Source: Herbiconiux sp.
GTDB taxonomy: Bacteria > Actinomycetota > Actinomycetes > Actinomycetales > Microbacteriaceae
Assembly: GCF_023264855.1 (NCBI RefSeq)
Contig: NZ_JAHFUW010000020.1
Coordinates: 538-64,537, forward strand
Length of the DNA: 64,000 nt
Direction of reading: 5' to 3'
The translations under genes and the position numbers were made by a program. The notes beneath the pieces were generated by a model. That model saw nothing but the letters and a program-made list of their open reading frames with translations, ran no database searches and was not told the DNA's origin. Within the stretch, counting starts at the first letter, position 1. The number at the start of each line of letters is the position of its first letter. Below, one piece after another: positions 17,728 through 28,450 of the stretch.

Positions 17728-18417
17728 ATGCCCGACGAGAAGCACGAGCGCGCCCAGGCCGAGCATCGCTGGCCGGCCGCCATCGGCGTGCTCGCCATCA
17801 TCCTGAGCTACGCCGTTCTGCCGAACGATCTGCTGGGCTACGGGCGCTACGCGGTGATCGCCGTGTGCGCCGCCCTGCTCGTGGCGGTGATCATCATCAA
17901 CCCGCACCGGATGGTGCGCCAGACCGCGTGGTCGCGACGGCTCGGCGTCATCCTGGTGCTGGTGATCGGCGCGACGAACCAGATCATCCTGGTCTTCCTC
18001 GTCTACCTGCTCGTCTCCAACACCGAAGACGGCCCGACCTTGCTGCTGGCCGCCCTGCAGGTGTGGCTCACCAACGTGATCGGCTTCGCGCTGCTCTACT
18101 GGGAGCTCGATCGCGGCGGCCCCGTCGTGCGCACGCAGCGCAGCCGCGATGCGCTCCCGCCGGCCGACTTCCGCTTTCCGCAGGACGAAGACCACGACGC
18201 CTCCCCCGAGGTCGCCGCCCACTCGAGCAAGTCGAGCAACTGGCTGCCCGGCTTCGTCGACTACTTCTACTTCTCGCTGTCGAACTCGATGGCGTTCAGC
18301 CCTACCGACACGATGCCGCTCACGCACCGCTCGAAGCTCCTGATGGGCCTCGAAGCCTTCGCCGGCTTCGTGCTGCTGGCCCTCGTCATAGCCCGCGGAG
18401 TCAGCCTCCTCGGCTGA
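17728..18417 (+). CDS. integral membrane protein (DUF1345-like; name from memory, unverified)
   Basis: 229 aa and 4-5 helices. Contains YWELDRGGP and DYFYFSLSNSMAFSPTDTMP. Confidence 0.65.
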   Translation: MPDEKHERAQAEHRWPAAIGVLAIILSYAVLPNDLLGYGRYAVIAVCAALLVAVIIINPHRMVRQTAWSRRLGVILVLVIGATNQIILVFLVYLLVSNTEDGPTLLLAALQVWLTNVIGFALLYWELDRGGPVVRTQRSRDALPPADFRFPQDEDHDASPEVAAHSSKSSNWLPGFVDYFYFSLSNSMAFSPTDTMPLTHRSKLLMGLEAFAGFVLLALVIARGVSLLG

Positions 18418-18460
18418 TTCCGGATGCGCGTGATCCCGGATGCGCGGAGGCGCACCGGCG

Positions 18461-18934
18461 TCAGACGCGCGCGGGCACCAGGTCTTCGAGGGCGGCGCGG
18501 TAGGCCGCGATCGAGCGGGCCTCGCCGGGGGCCGTGATGAAGGAGGCACGGATGATGCGGTTCTCGTCGATCAGGAAGGTCGCGCGGTTCGCGAAGCCCT
18601 TCTCGTCCAAGAACACGCCGTAGTCTTTCGCGACGTCGCCGTGCGGCCAGAAGTCGGCCACGAGGGTGAAGTCGTAGCCCTCCTTCTCGGCCCAGGCGCG
18701 CAGGGTGGCCTTCGAGTCGACCGAGATGCCGATGAGTTCGACGTTCGCATCCTTGAACAGGGCGAGGTTGTCTTCGAGCGTGCAGAGTTCGCTCGTGCAC
18801 ACGCCCGAGAAGGCGAGCGGGAAGAAGACGAGTGCGACGGGCTTCTTGCCCTGGAACTGACTCAGGCGGATCCGCTCCCCGTACTGGTTGGGAAGATCGA
18901 AGTCGGGTGCGAGAGTGTCGTTCTCCAAAGCCAT
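18461..18934 (-). CDS. ahpE: peroxiredoxin (AhpE/Bcp-type, 1-Cys/atypical)
   Basis: Internal ATG at 18934 of ORF 18461..19159. Contains APDFDLPNQ...VALVFFPLAFSGVCTSE. Divergent from aceE, as ahpE is in mycobacteria. Confidence 0.9.
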   Translation of the reverse strand: MALENDTLAPDFDLPNQYGERIRLSQFQGKKPVALVFFPLAFSGVCTSELCTLEDNLALFKDANVELIGISVDSKATLRAWAEKEGYDFTLVADFWPHGDVAKDYGVFLDEKGFANRATFLIDENRIIRASFITAPGEARSIAAYRAALEDLVPARV

Positions 18935-19185
18935 GGAGGCTTCCTTTCCACTGCCGGGACGTCTTTCCGGCAAACGCGTCCCCACACTAGACCTGATGTG
19001 GCGCTCCGCCAAGCGCCGGGCCCGTCCCGCACAGCTGCCGCCCAGCGGAAACCTCCATCCCAGTGGCGCGATCGTGGTGGAAATAGTCACTAGGCTGGTC
19101 TGTGGCGTTCGCCACCCCATCCCCGGTGCCTGCGCCTGACATCCCATCGTTCTGTACACAAACAGACAACAGAAAGAGGTCGCCG

Positions 19186-21912
<2,727 letters not shown>

Positions 21913-21990
21913 CGCCGACGCGCGGGAGCACAGCGATGATCGTGGTCGGGACGCCGCTGCCCCGAAGCCGTCGAGCCGGAGGTCATCCCG

Positions 21991-23220
21991 ATGGCCGCTA
22001 AGACGAAGGCGCAGACCCTCGCCTGGTTGCGCACCATCCAGGGCGAACTGTCCACGGCCACGATCAAGCGTCTCGACGCCACGCTGCCCTGGTACGGCGA
22101 CATGCCGCCAGGGCGGCGCTCGGCCGTCGGCCTGGTGGCGCAGGCCGGCATCAAGTCGTTCATCCAGTGGTACGACGACCCGACCACCACCACCTGGATC
22201 GCCGCCGACGTGTTCGGCTCGGCGCCCCGGGAACTTCTGCGCTCTGTGAGCCTGCAGCAGACGCTGCAGCTGATCCGGGTGGTCGTCGAGGTGGTCGAAG
22301 ACCGCGTGGCGGGCTCCGACCCCTCGCTGCGCGAGGCCATGCTGCTCTACTCGCGCGAGATCGCGTTCGCGGCGGCCGACGTCTACGCCCGCGCCGCCGA
22401 GGCCCGTGGTCTCTGGGACGCGCGCCTGGAGGCCCTCGTGGTCGACAGCATCCTGAGCGGGGAGTACGACGACGAGCTGCCGAGCCGGATCGCGGCCCTG
22501 GGCTGGCACGGGCACGGCGAGGTGAGCGTGCTGGTGGGCACGACGCCCCGTCAGGTCGACGTCGACCAGCTGCGCCGCACGGCGCGGCACCTCAACGCCG
22601 ACCTGCTGATCGGCGTGCAGGGCGGCCGTCTGGTGCTCGTGATCGGCCGGGCGCAGCCCGCCAACGGGCTGAACCCGCTGGACGCGGCCGTGCCCGAGGA
22701 GGAGACCTCGGCGGCGCCGCCCGAGACGGCGCTGTCGTTCCTGGACATCGCGACGAAGCTGGAGCCCGGCTTCGGGCCCGGCTACCTGGTGCTGGGCCAC
22801 GAGGTGCCGAGCCTCGTGGACGCGTCCCGCAGCGCGAAGGCGGCCCTCGCGGGCTTCGCCGTGGCGCGAGCCTGGCGCAACGCCCCGCGGCCGATGCTCG
22901 CCGACGACCTGCTGCCCGAGCGTGCGCTGGCGGGCGATCCCCTGGCTCGCTCCACCCTCGTCAACCGGGTGTACCGGCCGCTGCAAGACCAATCCCCCGA
23001 GCTGATGACCACGCTGTGGTGCTATCTCGACAACGGCCGCTCGCTCGAGGCGACCGCCCGGGAGCTGTTCGTGCATCCGAACACCGTGCGCTACCGGCTG
23101 AAGCGGGTCACCCAGGTGATCGGCTGGGATGCGACGGGTGCCCGGGAGGCCCTCATCCTGCAGTCGGCGCTCATCCTCGGGTCGATGAACGACCACGATT
23201 CCCCGGGGCCGCGCCGATGA
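21991..23220 (+). CDS. PucR-type transcriptional regulator, FasR/MabR-like (fatty-acid synthase II operon regulator)
   Basis: 409 aa. C-terminal PucR HTH (ELFVHPNTVRYRLKRV). Its position between aceE and fabD matches Rv2242 (MabR) and SCO2386 (FasR). Confidence 0.8.
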   Translation: MAAKTKAQTLAWLRTIQGELSTATIKRLDATLPWYGDMPPGRRSAVGLVAQAGIKSFIQWYDDPTTTTWIAADVFGSAPRELLRSVSLQQTLQLIRVVVEVVEDRVAGSDPSLREAMLLYSREIAFAAADVYARAAEARGLWDARLEALVVDSILSGEYDDELPSRIAALGWHGHGEVSVLVGTTPRQVDVDQLRRTARHLNADLLIGVQGGRLVLVIGRAQPANGLNPLDAAVPEEETSAAPPETALSFLDIATKLEPGFGPGYLVLGHEVPSLVDASRSAKAALAGFAVARAWRNAPRPMLADDLLPERALAGDPLARSTLVNRVYRPLQDQSPELMTTLWCYLDNGRSLEATARELFVHPNTVRYRLKRVTQVIGWDATGAREALILQSALILGSMNDHDSPGPRR

Positions 23221-23320
23221 CGGTGCGCCCCGACCGCTTGTCACTATCCTCCAGTGTCTTTCGCGATCTCTTGGTCACGATCGACACAGCCTCTGCTCGA
23301 ACTCTTGGGAGACTGAAGTC

Positions 23321-24241
23321 ATGATCGTCGTCGTATGCCCCGGCCAGGGGTCGCAGACCCCGGGATTCCTCGAACCCTGGATCGCCGAAGCCTCGTTCCG
23401 CGACACACTCGTCGAGCTCGGTGACAGCGCCGGCGTCGACCTGGTGGCGCACGGCACCACGAGCGACGCCGACACCATCCGCGACACCAAGGTGGCGCAG
23501 CCGCTGATCGTGGCAGCCGGCATCCTCACCCTCGACGCCCTGTTCGCCGACGGCCGTCGCGACCGGGTCGGCGGCATCGCCGGTCACTCGGTCGGCGAGA
23601 TCGCCGCGGCTGCCGGAGCCGGCATCCTCACCAATCCGGATGCGATGCGCCTGGTGGGCGAACGCGGCCGGGCGATGGCGGATGCCGCAGCCCTCACCTC
23701 GACCGGAATGGCGGCCGTCGTCGGCGGCGACCAGACCGAGCTGCTCACCCTCTTCCACGAGCAGGGCGTCTTGCCCGCGAACTACAACGGCGGCGGGCAG
23801 ATCGTGGTGGCCGGTGCTCCGGATGCGCTGGCGCGGCTCGCCGAGGCCGCCCCGCGTGGTGTGCGGGTCATCCCGCTGCAGGTGGCCGGAGCGTTCCACA
23901 CGCACTACATGGCCCCCGCGGTCGATCGCCTCGCGGCCGTCGCGTCGACCGTGCACCCGAGCGACCCGACGCTGCCGATCTGGACCAACCGCGACGGATC
24001 GCTGGTCACCAGTGGCGCCGAGTTCGTGCAGCTGCTCGTGGGCCAGGTGTCCAACCCCGTTCGCTGGGACCTCTGCATGGAGTCGTTCGCCGCCGCCGGC
24101 GTGACCGGCCTGATCGAGGTGGCTCCCGCCGGTGCCCTCACCGGACTCGCCAAGCGCGGCCTCAAGGGCGTGCCCGCGGTCGCGGTCAAGACGCCCGACG
24201 ACCTGCCCGCCGCCTTCGATCTGCTCGACCAGGCCGCCTGA
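23321..24241 (+). CDS. fabD: ACP S-malonyltransferase
   Basis: 306 aa. Contains PGQGSQ, the GHSVGE active-site Ser motif, and AFHT. Confidence 0.95.
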   Translation: MIVVVCPGQGSQTPGFLEPWIAEASFRDTLVELGDSAGVDLVAHGTTSDADTIRDTKVAQPLIVAAGILTLDALFADGRRDRVGGIAGHSVGEIAAAAGAGILTNPDAMRLVGERGRAMADAAALTSTGMAAVVGGDQTELLTLFHEQGVLPANYNGGGQIVVAGAPDALARLAEAAPRGVRVIPLQVAGAFHTHYMAPAVDRLAAVASTVHPSDPTLPIWTNRDGSLVTSGAEFVQLLVGQVSNPVRWDLCMESFAAAGVTGLIEVAPAGALTGLAKRGLKGVPAVAVKTPDDLPAAFDLLDQAA

Positions 24242-24296
24242 GCGACCGCCGCATCCGACACCCCCTACGACCACGGAAGGCCTCGCGGAACACGCC

Positions 24297-25301
24297 ATGA
24301 CCAAGCCCACACTCAAGCAGTCCACCGGACCCGAGTTCACCCGCATCTACGCCATCGGCGCCGCCCGGGGCGACCTCTCGGTCGTCAACGACGACCTGGT
24401 GGGCCCGATCGACTCCTCCGACGAGTGGATCCGCCAGCGCACCGGCATCGTCGAGCGCAAGCGTGCCTCGCACGACGTCTTCGCCGTCGACCTGGCCGAG
24501 GCCGCGGCCAAGGAGGCCATCGAGGGCGCCGGAATCGTGCCGTCGCAGATCGGCGCCATCCTGGTCTCCACGATCTCCAACCCGGTGATCACGCCCTCGC
24601 TGGCCACCCACGTGGCCGAGCGGATCGGCGCCCCCTTCGCCGCCGCCTACGACATCAGCGCGGCCTGCGCCGGCTACGCCTACGGCATCGGCCAGGCCGA
24701 CGCCCTGATCCGCTCCGGCATGGCCGAGTACGTGCTCGTGATCGGCGCCGAGAAGCTCTCGGAGTACGTCGAGCCCACCGACCGCTCCATCTCGTTCCTG
24801 CTCGGCGACGGCGCGGGAGCCGCGGTGGTAGGCCCGAGCGACACGGTGGGCATCGGCCCGACGGTGTGGGGCTCGGATGCCACCAAGCGCGACGAGATCC
24901 ACATGACCGGCACCAGCATCCAGTTCCGCGACCAGGAGACGGAGTGGCCGACGCTCTGGCAGAACGGCCAGGCCGTGTTCCGCTGGGCCGTGTGGGAGAT
25001 GGTGAAGGTCGCCAAGCAGGCCCTCGAGGCCGCCGGCGTCACGGTCGAAGACCTCGCCGCCTTCATCCCGCACCAGGCGAACATGCGCATCATCGACGAG
25101 TTCGCCAAGCAGCTGAAGCTGCCGGAGTCGGTCGCGATCGGCCGCGACATCGAGACCACCGGAAACACCTCGGCGGCATCGATCCCGCTCGCCACGCACC
25201 GGCTCCTGAACGAGCGGCCGGAGCTCTCGGGCGGCCTCGCCCTGCAGATCGGCTTCGGCGCGGGCCTCGTGTTCGGCGCGCAGGTCGTCGTTCTGCCATG
25301 A
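24297..25301 (+). CDS. fabH: beta-ketoacyl-ACP synthase III
   Basis: Internal ATG at 24297. Contains DISAACAGY (active Cys), HQAN and GNTSAASIP. Confidence 0.95.
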   Translation: MTKPTLKQSTGPEFTRIYAIGAARGDLSVVNDDLVGPIDSSDEWIRQRTGIVERKRASHDVFAVDLAEAAAKEAIEGAGIVPSQIGAILVSTISNPVITPSLATHVAERIGAPFAAAYDISAACAGYAYGIGQADALIRSGMAEYVLVIGAEKLSEYVEPTDRSISFLLGDGAGAAVVGPSDTVGIGPTVWGSDATKRDEIHMTGTSIQFRDQETEWPTLWQNGQAVFRWAVWEMVKVAKQALEAAGVTVEDLAAFIPHQANMRIIDEFAKQLKLPESVAIGRDIETTGNTSAASIPLATHRLLNERPELSGGLALQIGFGAGLVFGAQVVVLP

Positions 25302-25350
25302 GCAACCCTCTAAACTAAGTCTCGGTCAAACACACCCCAAGGAGAGAACA

Positions 25351-25599
25351 ATGGCATTGTCCACCGAAGAAGTACTGGCCGGACTGGCTGAGCTCATCAA
25401 CGACGAGACCGGCATCGCGACCGACACTGTCGAGCTGGACAAGTCCTTCACCGACGACCTCGACATCGACAGCATCTCGATGATGACGATCGTCGTGAAC
25501 GCCGAAGAGAAGTTCGACGTCAAGATCCCCGACGAAGAGGTCAAGAACCTGAAGACCGTCGGCGACGCCGTCACCTTCATCGTCGCCGCCCAGGCCTGA
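25351..25599 (+). CDS. acpP: acyl carrier protein
   Basis: 82 aa. DLDIDSISMM phosphopantetheine-Ser motif. AAGGAGAG lies upstream. Confidence 0.95.
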   Translation: MALSTEEVLAGLAELINDETGIATDTVELDKSFTDDLDIDSISMMTIVVNAEEKFDVKIPDEEVKNLKTVGDAVTFIVAAQA

Positions 25600-25612
25600 G
25601 ACGCGATCCGGC

Positions 25613-25685
25613 CCGGGAAGCGATTCCCGGCCCACCGCGGATGGCCGGCAGGATCGCCGCCCGAAGGCACACGATCCTGCCGGCC
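25613..25685 (+). other. two intercistronic hairpins between acpP and fabF
   Basis: CCGGGAA-gcga-TTCCCGG (25613-25630), and a 13-bp perfect stem GGCCGGCAGGATC...GATCCTGCCGGCC (25643-25685). No U-tract follows. Confidence 0.6.
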
Positions 25686-25754
25686 CCACAGCACACCCGT
25701 GCACACGGCGCCATCCCGGCGCACCTGGACTGACCACCCACAGAAAGTTTCACC

Positions 25755-26990
25755 ATGAGCAAGAAGATCGTCGTCACCGGTATCGGTGCCACCTCGCCCC
25801 TGGGCGGAACCGCTGCCGAGAGCTGGAAGAACCTGCTCGCCGGTGAGTCCGGAGCGACCACGCTCACGCAGGAGTGGGTGGCCGAACGCGAGTTGCCCGT
25901 CACCTTCGCCGCACAGGCCCGCGTGGCCGCCGCCGAGGTGCTCGAGCGCATCGAGACCAAGCGCCTCGACCCGGGCAGCCAGTTCGCCCTGATCGCCGCG
26001 CGCGACGCGTGGGCGGATGCCGGCTCCCCCGAGGTCGTGCCCGAGCGCTTCGGCGTCGACTGGGCCACCGGCATCGGCGGCGTCTGGACGCTGCTGGATG
26101 CCTGGGACACCCTGCGCGAGAAGGGCCCGCGCCGCGTTCTGCCGATGACGGTTCCCATGCTCATGCCCAACGGCCCCGCGGCCGCCATCGAGATGTCGCT
26201 CGGCGCCCGCGCCGGCGCCCGCACGGTCGTCTCGGCCTGCGCCTCGAGCACCGAGTCGATCGTCAACGCTTACGAGCACCTGCAGGCCGGCTACGCCGAC
26301 ATCATCATCGCCGGCGGCTCCGAGGCGGCCATCCACCCGCTGCCGATCGCCGCGTTCGCCTCGATGCAGGCGCTCTCCAAGCGCAACGACGACCCGGCCA
26401 CCGCCTCCCGCCCCTACGACCTCACCCGCGACGGCTTCGTGCTCGGCGAGGGCGCGGCCGCCCTCGTGCTCGAGACCGAAGAGCACGCGCTGGCCCGCGG
26501 CGCGAAGATCTACGCCGAGCTGCTCGGTGGCGCGGTCACCAGCGACGCGTACCACATCACCGCGCCCGACCCCGAGGGATCGGCTGCTGCGCGCGCCATG
26601 ATCGCCGCGGTCGAGAGCTCGGGCTTCCAGCTCTCCGACGTCGCCCACATCAACGCGCACGCCACCTCGACGCCCGTCGGCGACATCGCCGAGTACAAGG
26701 CGCTGCTGCACGTCTTCGGCGACCGCCTGCACGACATCCCGGTGTCGGCCACCAAGGCCTCCACGGGCCACCTCCTGGGTGGTGCGGGTGCGATCGAGGC
26801 CATCTTCACGGTGCTCGCCCTGCACGAGCGCACCGCTCCCCCCACGATCAACCTGTCCGAGCAAGACCCGGACATCCCGCTCGACGTCGTGCGCGAGCCG
26901 CGCCAGCTCCCCGAGGGCGAGCTTGTGGCGATCTCGAACTCGTTCGGCTTCGGCGGCCACAACGCGGTAGTAGCCTTCAAGACTGCCTGA
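25755..26990 (+). CDS. fabF: beta-ketoacyl-ACP synthase II (KasA/FabF)
   Basis: 411 aa. Contains ACASS (active Cys), HATSTPVGD and GHLLGGAG, and ends SNSFGFGGHN. Confidence 0.95.
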   Translation: MSKKIVVTGIGATSPLGGTAAESWKNLLAGESGATTLTQEWVAERELPVTFAAQARVAAAEVLERIETKRLDPGSQFALIAARDAWADAGSPEVVPERFGVDWATGIGGVWTLLDAWDTLREKGPRRVLPMTVPMLMPNGPAAAIEMSLGARAGARTVVSACASSTESIVNAYEHLQAGYADIIIAGGSEAAIHPLPIAAFASMQALSKRNDDPATASRPYDLTRDGFVLGEGAAALVLETEEHALARGAKIYAELLGGAVTSDAYHITAPDPEGSAAARAMIAAVESSGFQLSDVAHINAHATSTPVGDIAEYKALLHVFGDRLHDIPVSATKASTGHLLGGAGAIEAIFTVLALHERTAPPTINLSEQDPDIPLDVVREPRQLPEGELVAISNSFGFGGHNAVVAFKTA

Positions 26991-27103
26991 TCGGGCGGTA
27001 CAAGACCGAACGCAACGGGCCCTACTCGACGACCCAGGGTGAGCGTGTGGCCGGAGAGTGCGACCGCAGGCCGCGCTCTCCGACCGCATGATCACATGTC
27101 GCG

Positions 27104-27128
27104 CTTCGCCGGGCAGGGACCGGCGAAG
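27104..27128. terminator. hairpin between convergent fabF and the DUF3145 gene
   Basis: CTTCGCCGG-gcaggga-CCGGCGAAG, a 9-bp perfect stem. No clear U-tract on either side. Confidence 0.45.
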
Positions 27129-27160
27129 CAGGTGAGGGCCGAGCGTAGCCCGGCCCCCAC

Positions 27161-27664
27161 CTAACCAACCCGGTGGAGGTAGATGACCGGGGACATGTCG
27201 GAGGCGTAGCGGAAGGGCTCGAGCTCGTCGTCCCAGGCCTGGCCGAGGGCCAGACGGAGTTCGCGGTGCAGCTCGAGGGCGTTGGTGCCTGCCGCCTCCA
27301 TGGCGTTGCGGATGCGGTCTTCGGGGATGACGGTGTTGCCCGAGGCATCGACCTGGGCGTAGTAGATGCCGAGGTCGGGCGTGTGCATCCAGCGGCCGCC
27401 GTCGGTGCCTTCACTGGCGTCTTCGGTGACCTCGTAGCGCAGGTGCTCCCAGCCCCGCAGGGCCGAGGCGATGGCGGCACCCGTACCGGGCGCACCCTCC
27501 CAATAGAAGTCGGCCCGCTGGGAACCGCGAAGTACCGGCTGCTCGATCCAGTCGAAGTTCACGGCACGACCGATAGCGCGACCTGCGGCCCACTCGACGT
27601 GGGGGCAGAGCGCGCGGGGCGCGGAGTGGACGTAGACCACCCCGCGAGCAACGATTGCCGCCAT
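27161..27664 (-). CDS. DUF3145 domain protein
   Basis: ATG at 27664 preceded by GGAGAG. Starts MAAIVARGVVYVHSAPRALCPHVEWAAG. This family neighbours fabF in other actinomycetes. Confidence 0.8.
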   Translation of the reverse strand: MAAIVARGVVYVHSAPRALCPHVEWAAGRAIGRAVNFDWIEQPVLRGSQRADFYWEGAPGTGAAIASALRGWEHLRYEVTEDASEGTDGGRWMHTPDLGIYYAQVDASGNTVIPEDRIRNAMEAAGTNALELHRELRLALGQAWDDELEPFRYASDMSPVIYLHRVG

Positions 27665-27871
27665 TTTTCTCTCCATTCGTGAGGTACGTCTTCCCCAACG
27701 ACCTGTGAATGGATGAGCGCAAATGATGCGGCGGCACTATTCGGTTGTGCTCACATTATGCCGTCGCCGCACCGCGAATCACAACCGTGTCATCCCGGGT
27801 GTCGCGAACTCACAGATGTATACTGAGAGAGTATTTTCTGGCACCACCGCGAGGCCGAAGGATGGAGGGCG

Positions 27872-28450
27872 ATGTCGATCCGTTCCGGCATCCTGTTCCT
27901 GCTCGGCACGGCGGATGCGTACGGCCTGCAGATCCACGGCGAGCTCGAAGAGCGCACCGACCGCGTGGGCCGCATCAACGTCGGCCAGATCTACTCCACC
28001 CTCGATCGGCTCAGCACGGCCGGCCTGGTGCGCATCGCGGGGAGCACCGACGACGGGCTCCCGCTCTACGGCCTCACCACCGACGGACGACTGGTGCGCG
28101 ACGAGTGGCTCGCCGAGACGACCGTCGACACCGCATCCGCCTGGCCGGACATGGTGTTCAAAGTGCTGCTGGTCGGCAGCCTCGACGACGCGGCAGGCAG
28201 CACGCTGCTTCAGCGCTATCGCCGCGCCTGGCACGAGCACAGCGACGAGGCGGGGCCGAACTCGCCGGTCACGCAGAACTCCCCCACCGCCCTGGCGCAG
28301 GGCCGGCTCGCGGATGCGGCACTCGGCTGGCTCGACGACCTCGAGTTGCTTCCCGGCGGTCTCGCCGCGCTCGGCCGCCCGCTACGGAACGAGCGACCCC
28401 GGCGCGGACGTCGTCCGGCCACGGCGCCCGCGGAGACGGCTGAGCAGTGA
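27872..28450 (+). CDS. PadR family transcriptional regulator
   Basis: 192 aa. Winged-helix signature ILFLLGTADAYGLQIHGELEER...GQIYSTLDRLSTAGLV. GGAGGG lies upstream. Confidence 0.75.
   Translation: MSIRSGILFLLGTADAYGLQIHGELEERTDRVGRINVGQIYSTLDRLSTAGLVRIAGSTDDGLPLYGLTTDGRLVRDEWLAETTVDTASAWPDMVFKVLLVGSLDDAAGSTLLQRYRRAWHEHSDEAGPNSPVTQNSPTALAQGRLADAALGWLDDLELLPGGLAALGRPLRNERPRRGRRPATAPAETAEQ

Noticed and set aside
18935-19185. The 250-nt ahpE/aceE divergent spacer as a possible structured RNA or small gene
   Set aside because: It has only short GC hairpins (for example GGCGCT..AGCGCC), no conserved-looking motif and no ORF with coding-like composition. It is probably just two promoters and the aceE 5' UTR.
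25326-27095. A 589-aa minus-strand ORF
   Set aside because: It is antisense to acpP and fabF, both unambiguous. It is a shadow ORF.
27811-27840. A possible PadR operator (ATGTATACTGAGAGAGTATT) upstream of the PadR gene
   Set aside because: It has only a 5-bp imperfect inverted repeat (ATACT/AGTAT) and does not fit the ATGT-N8-ACAT pattern I associate with PadR sites. This is too weak to call.
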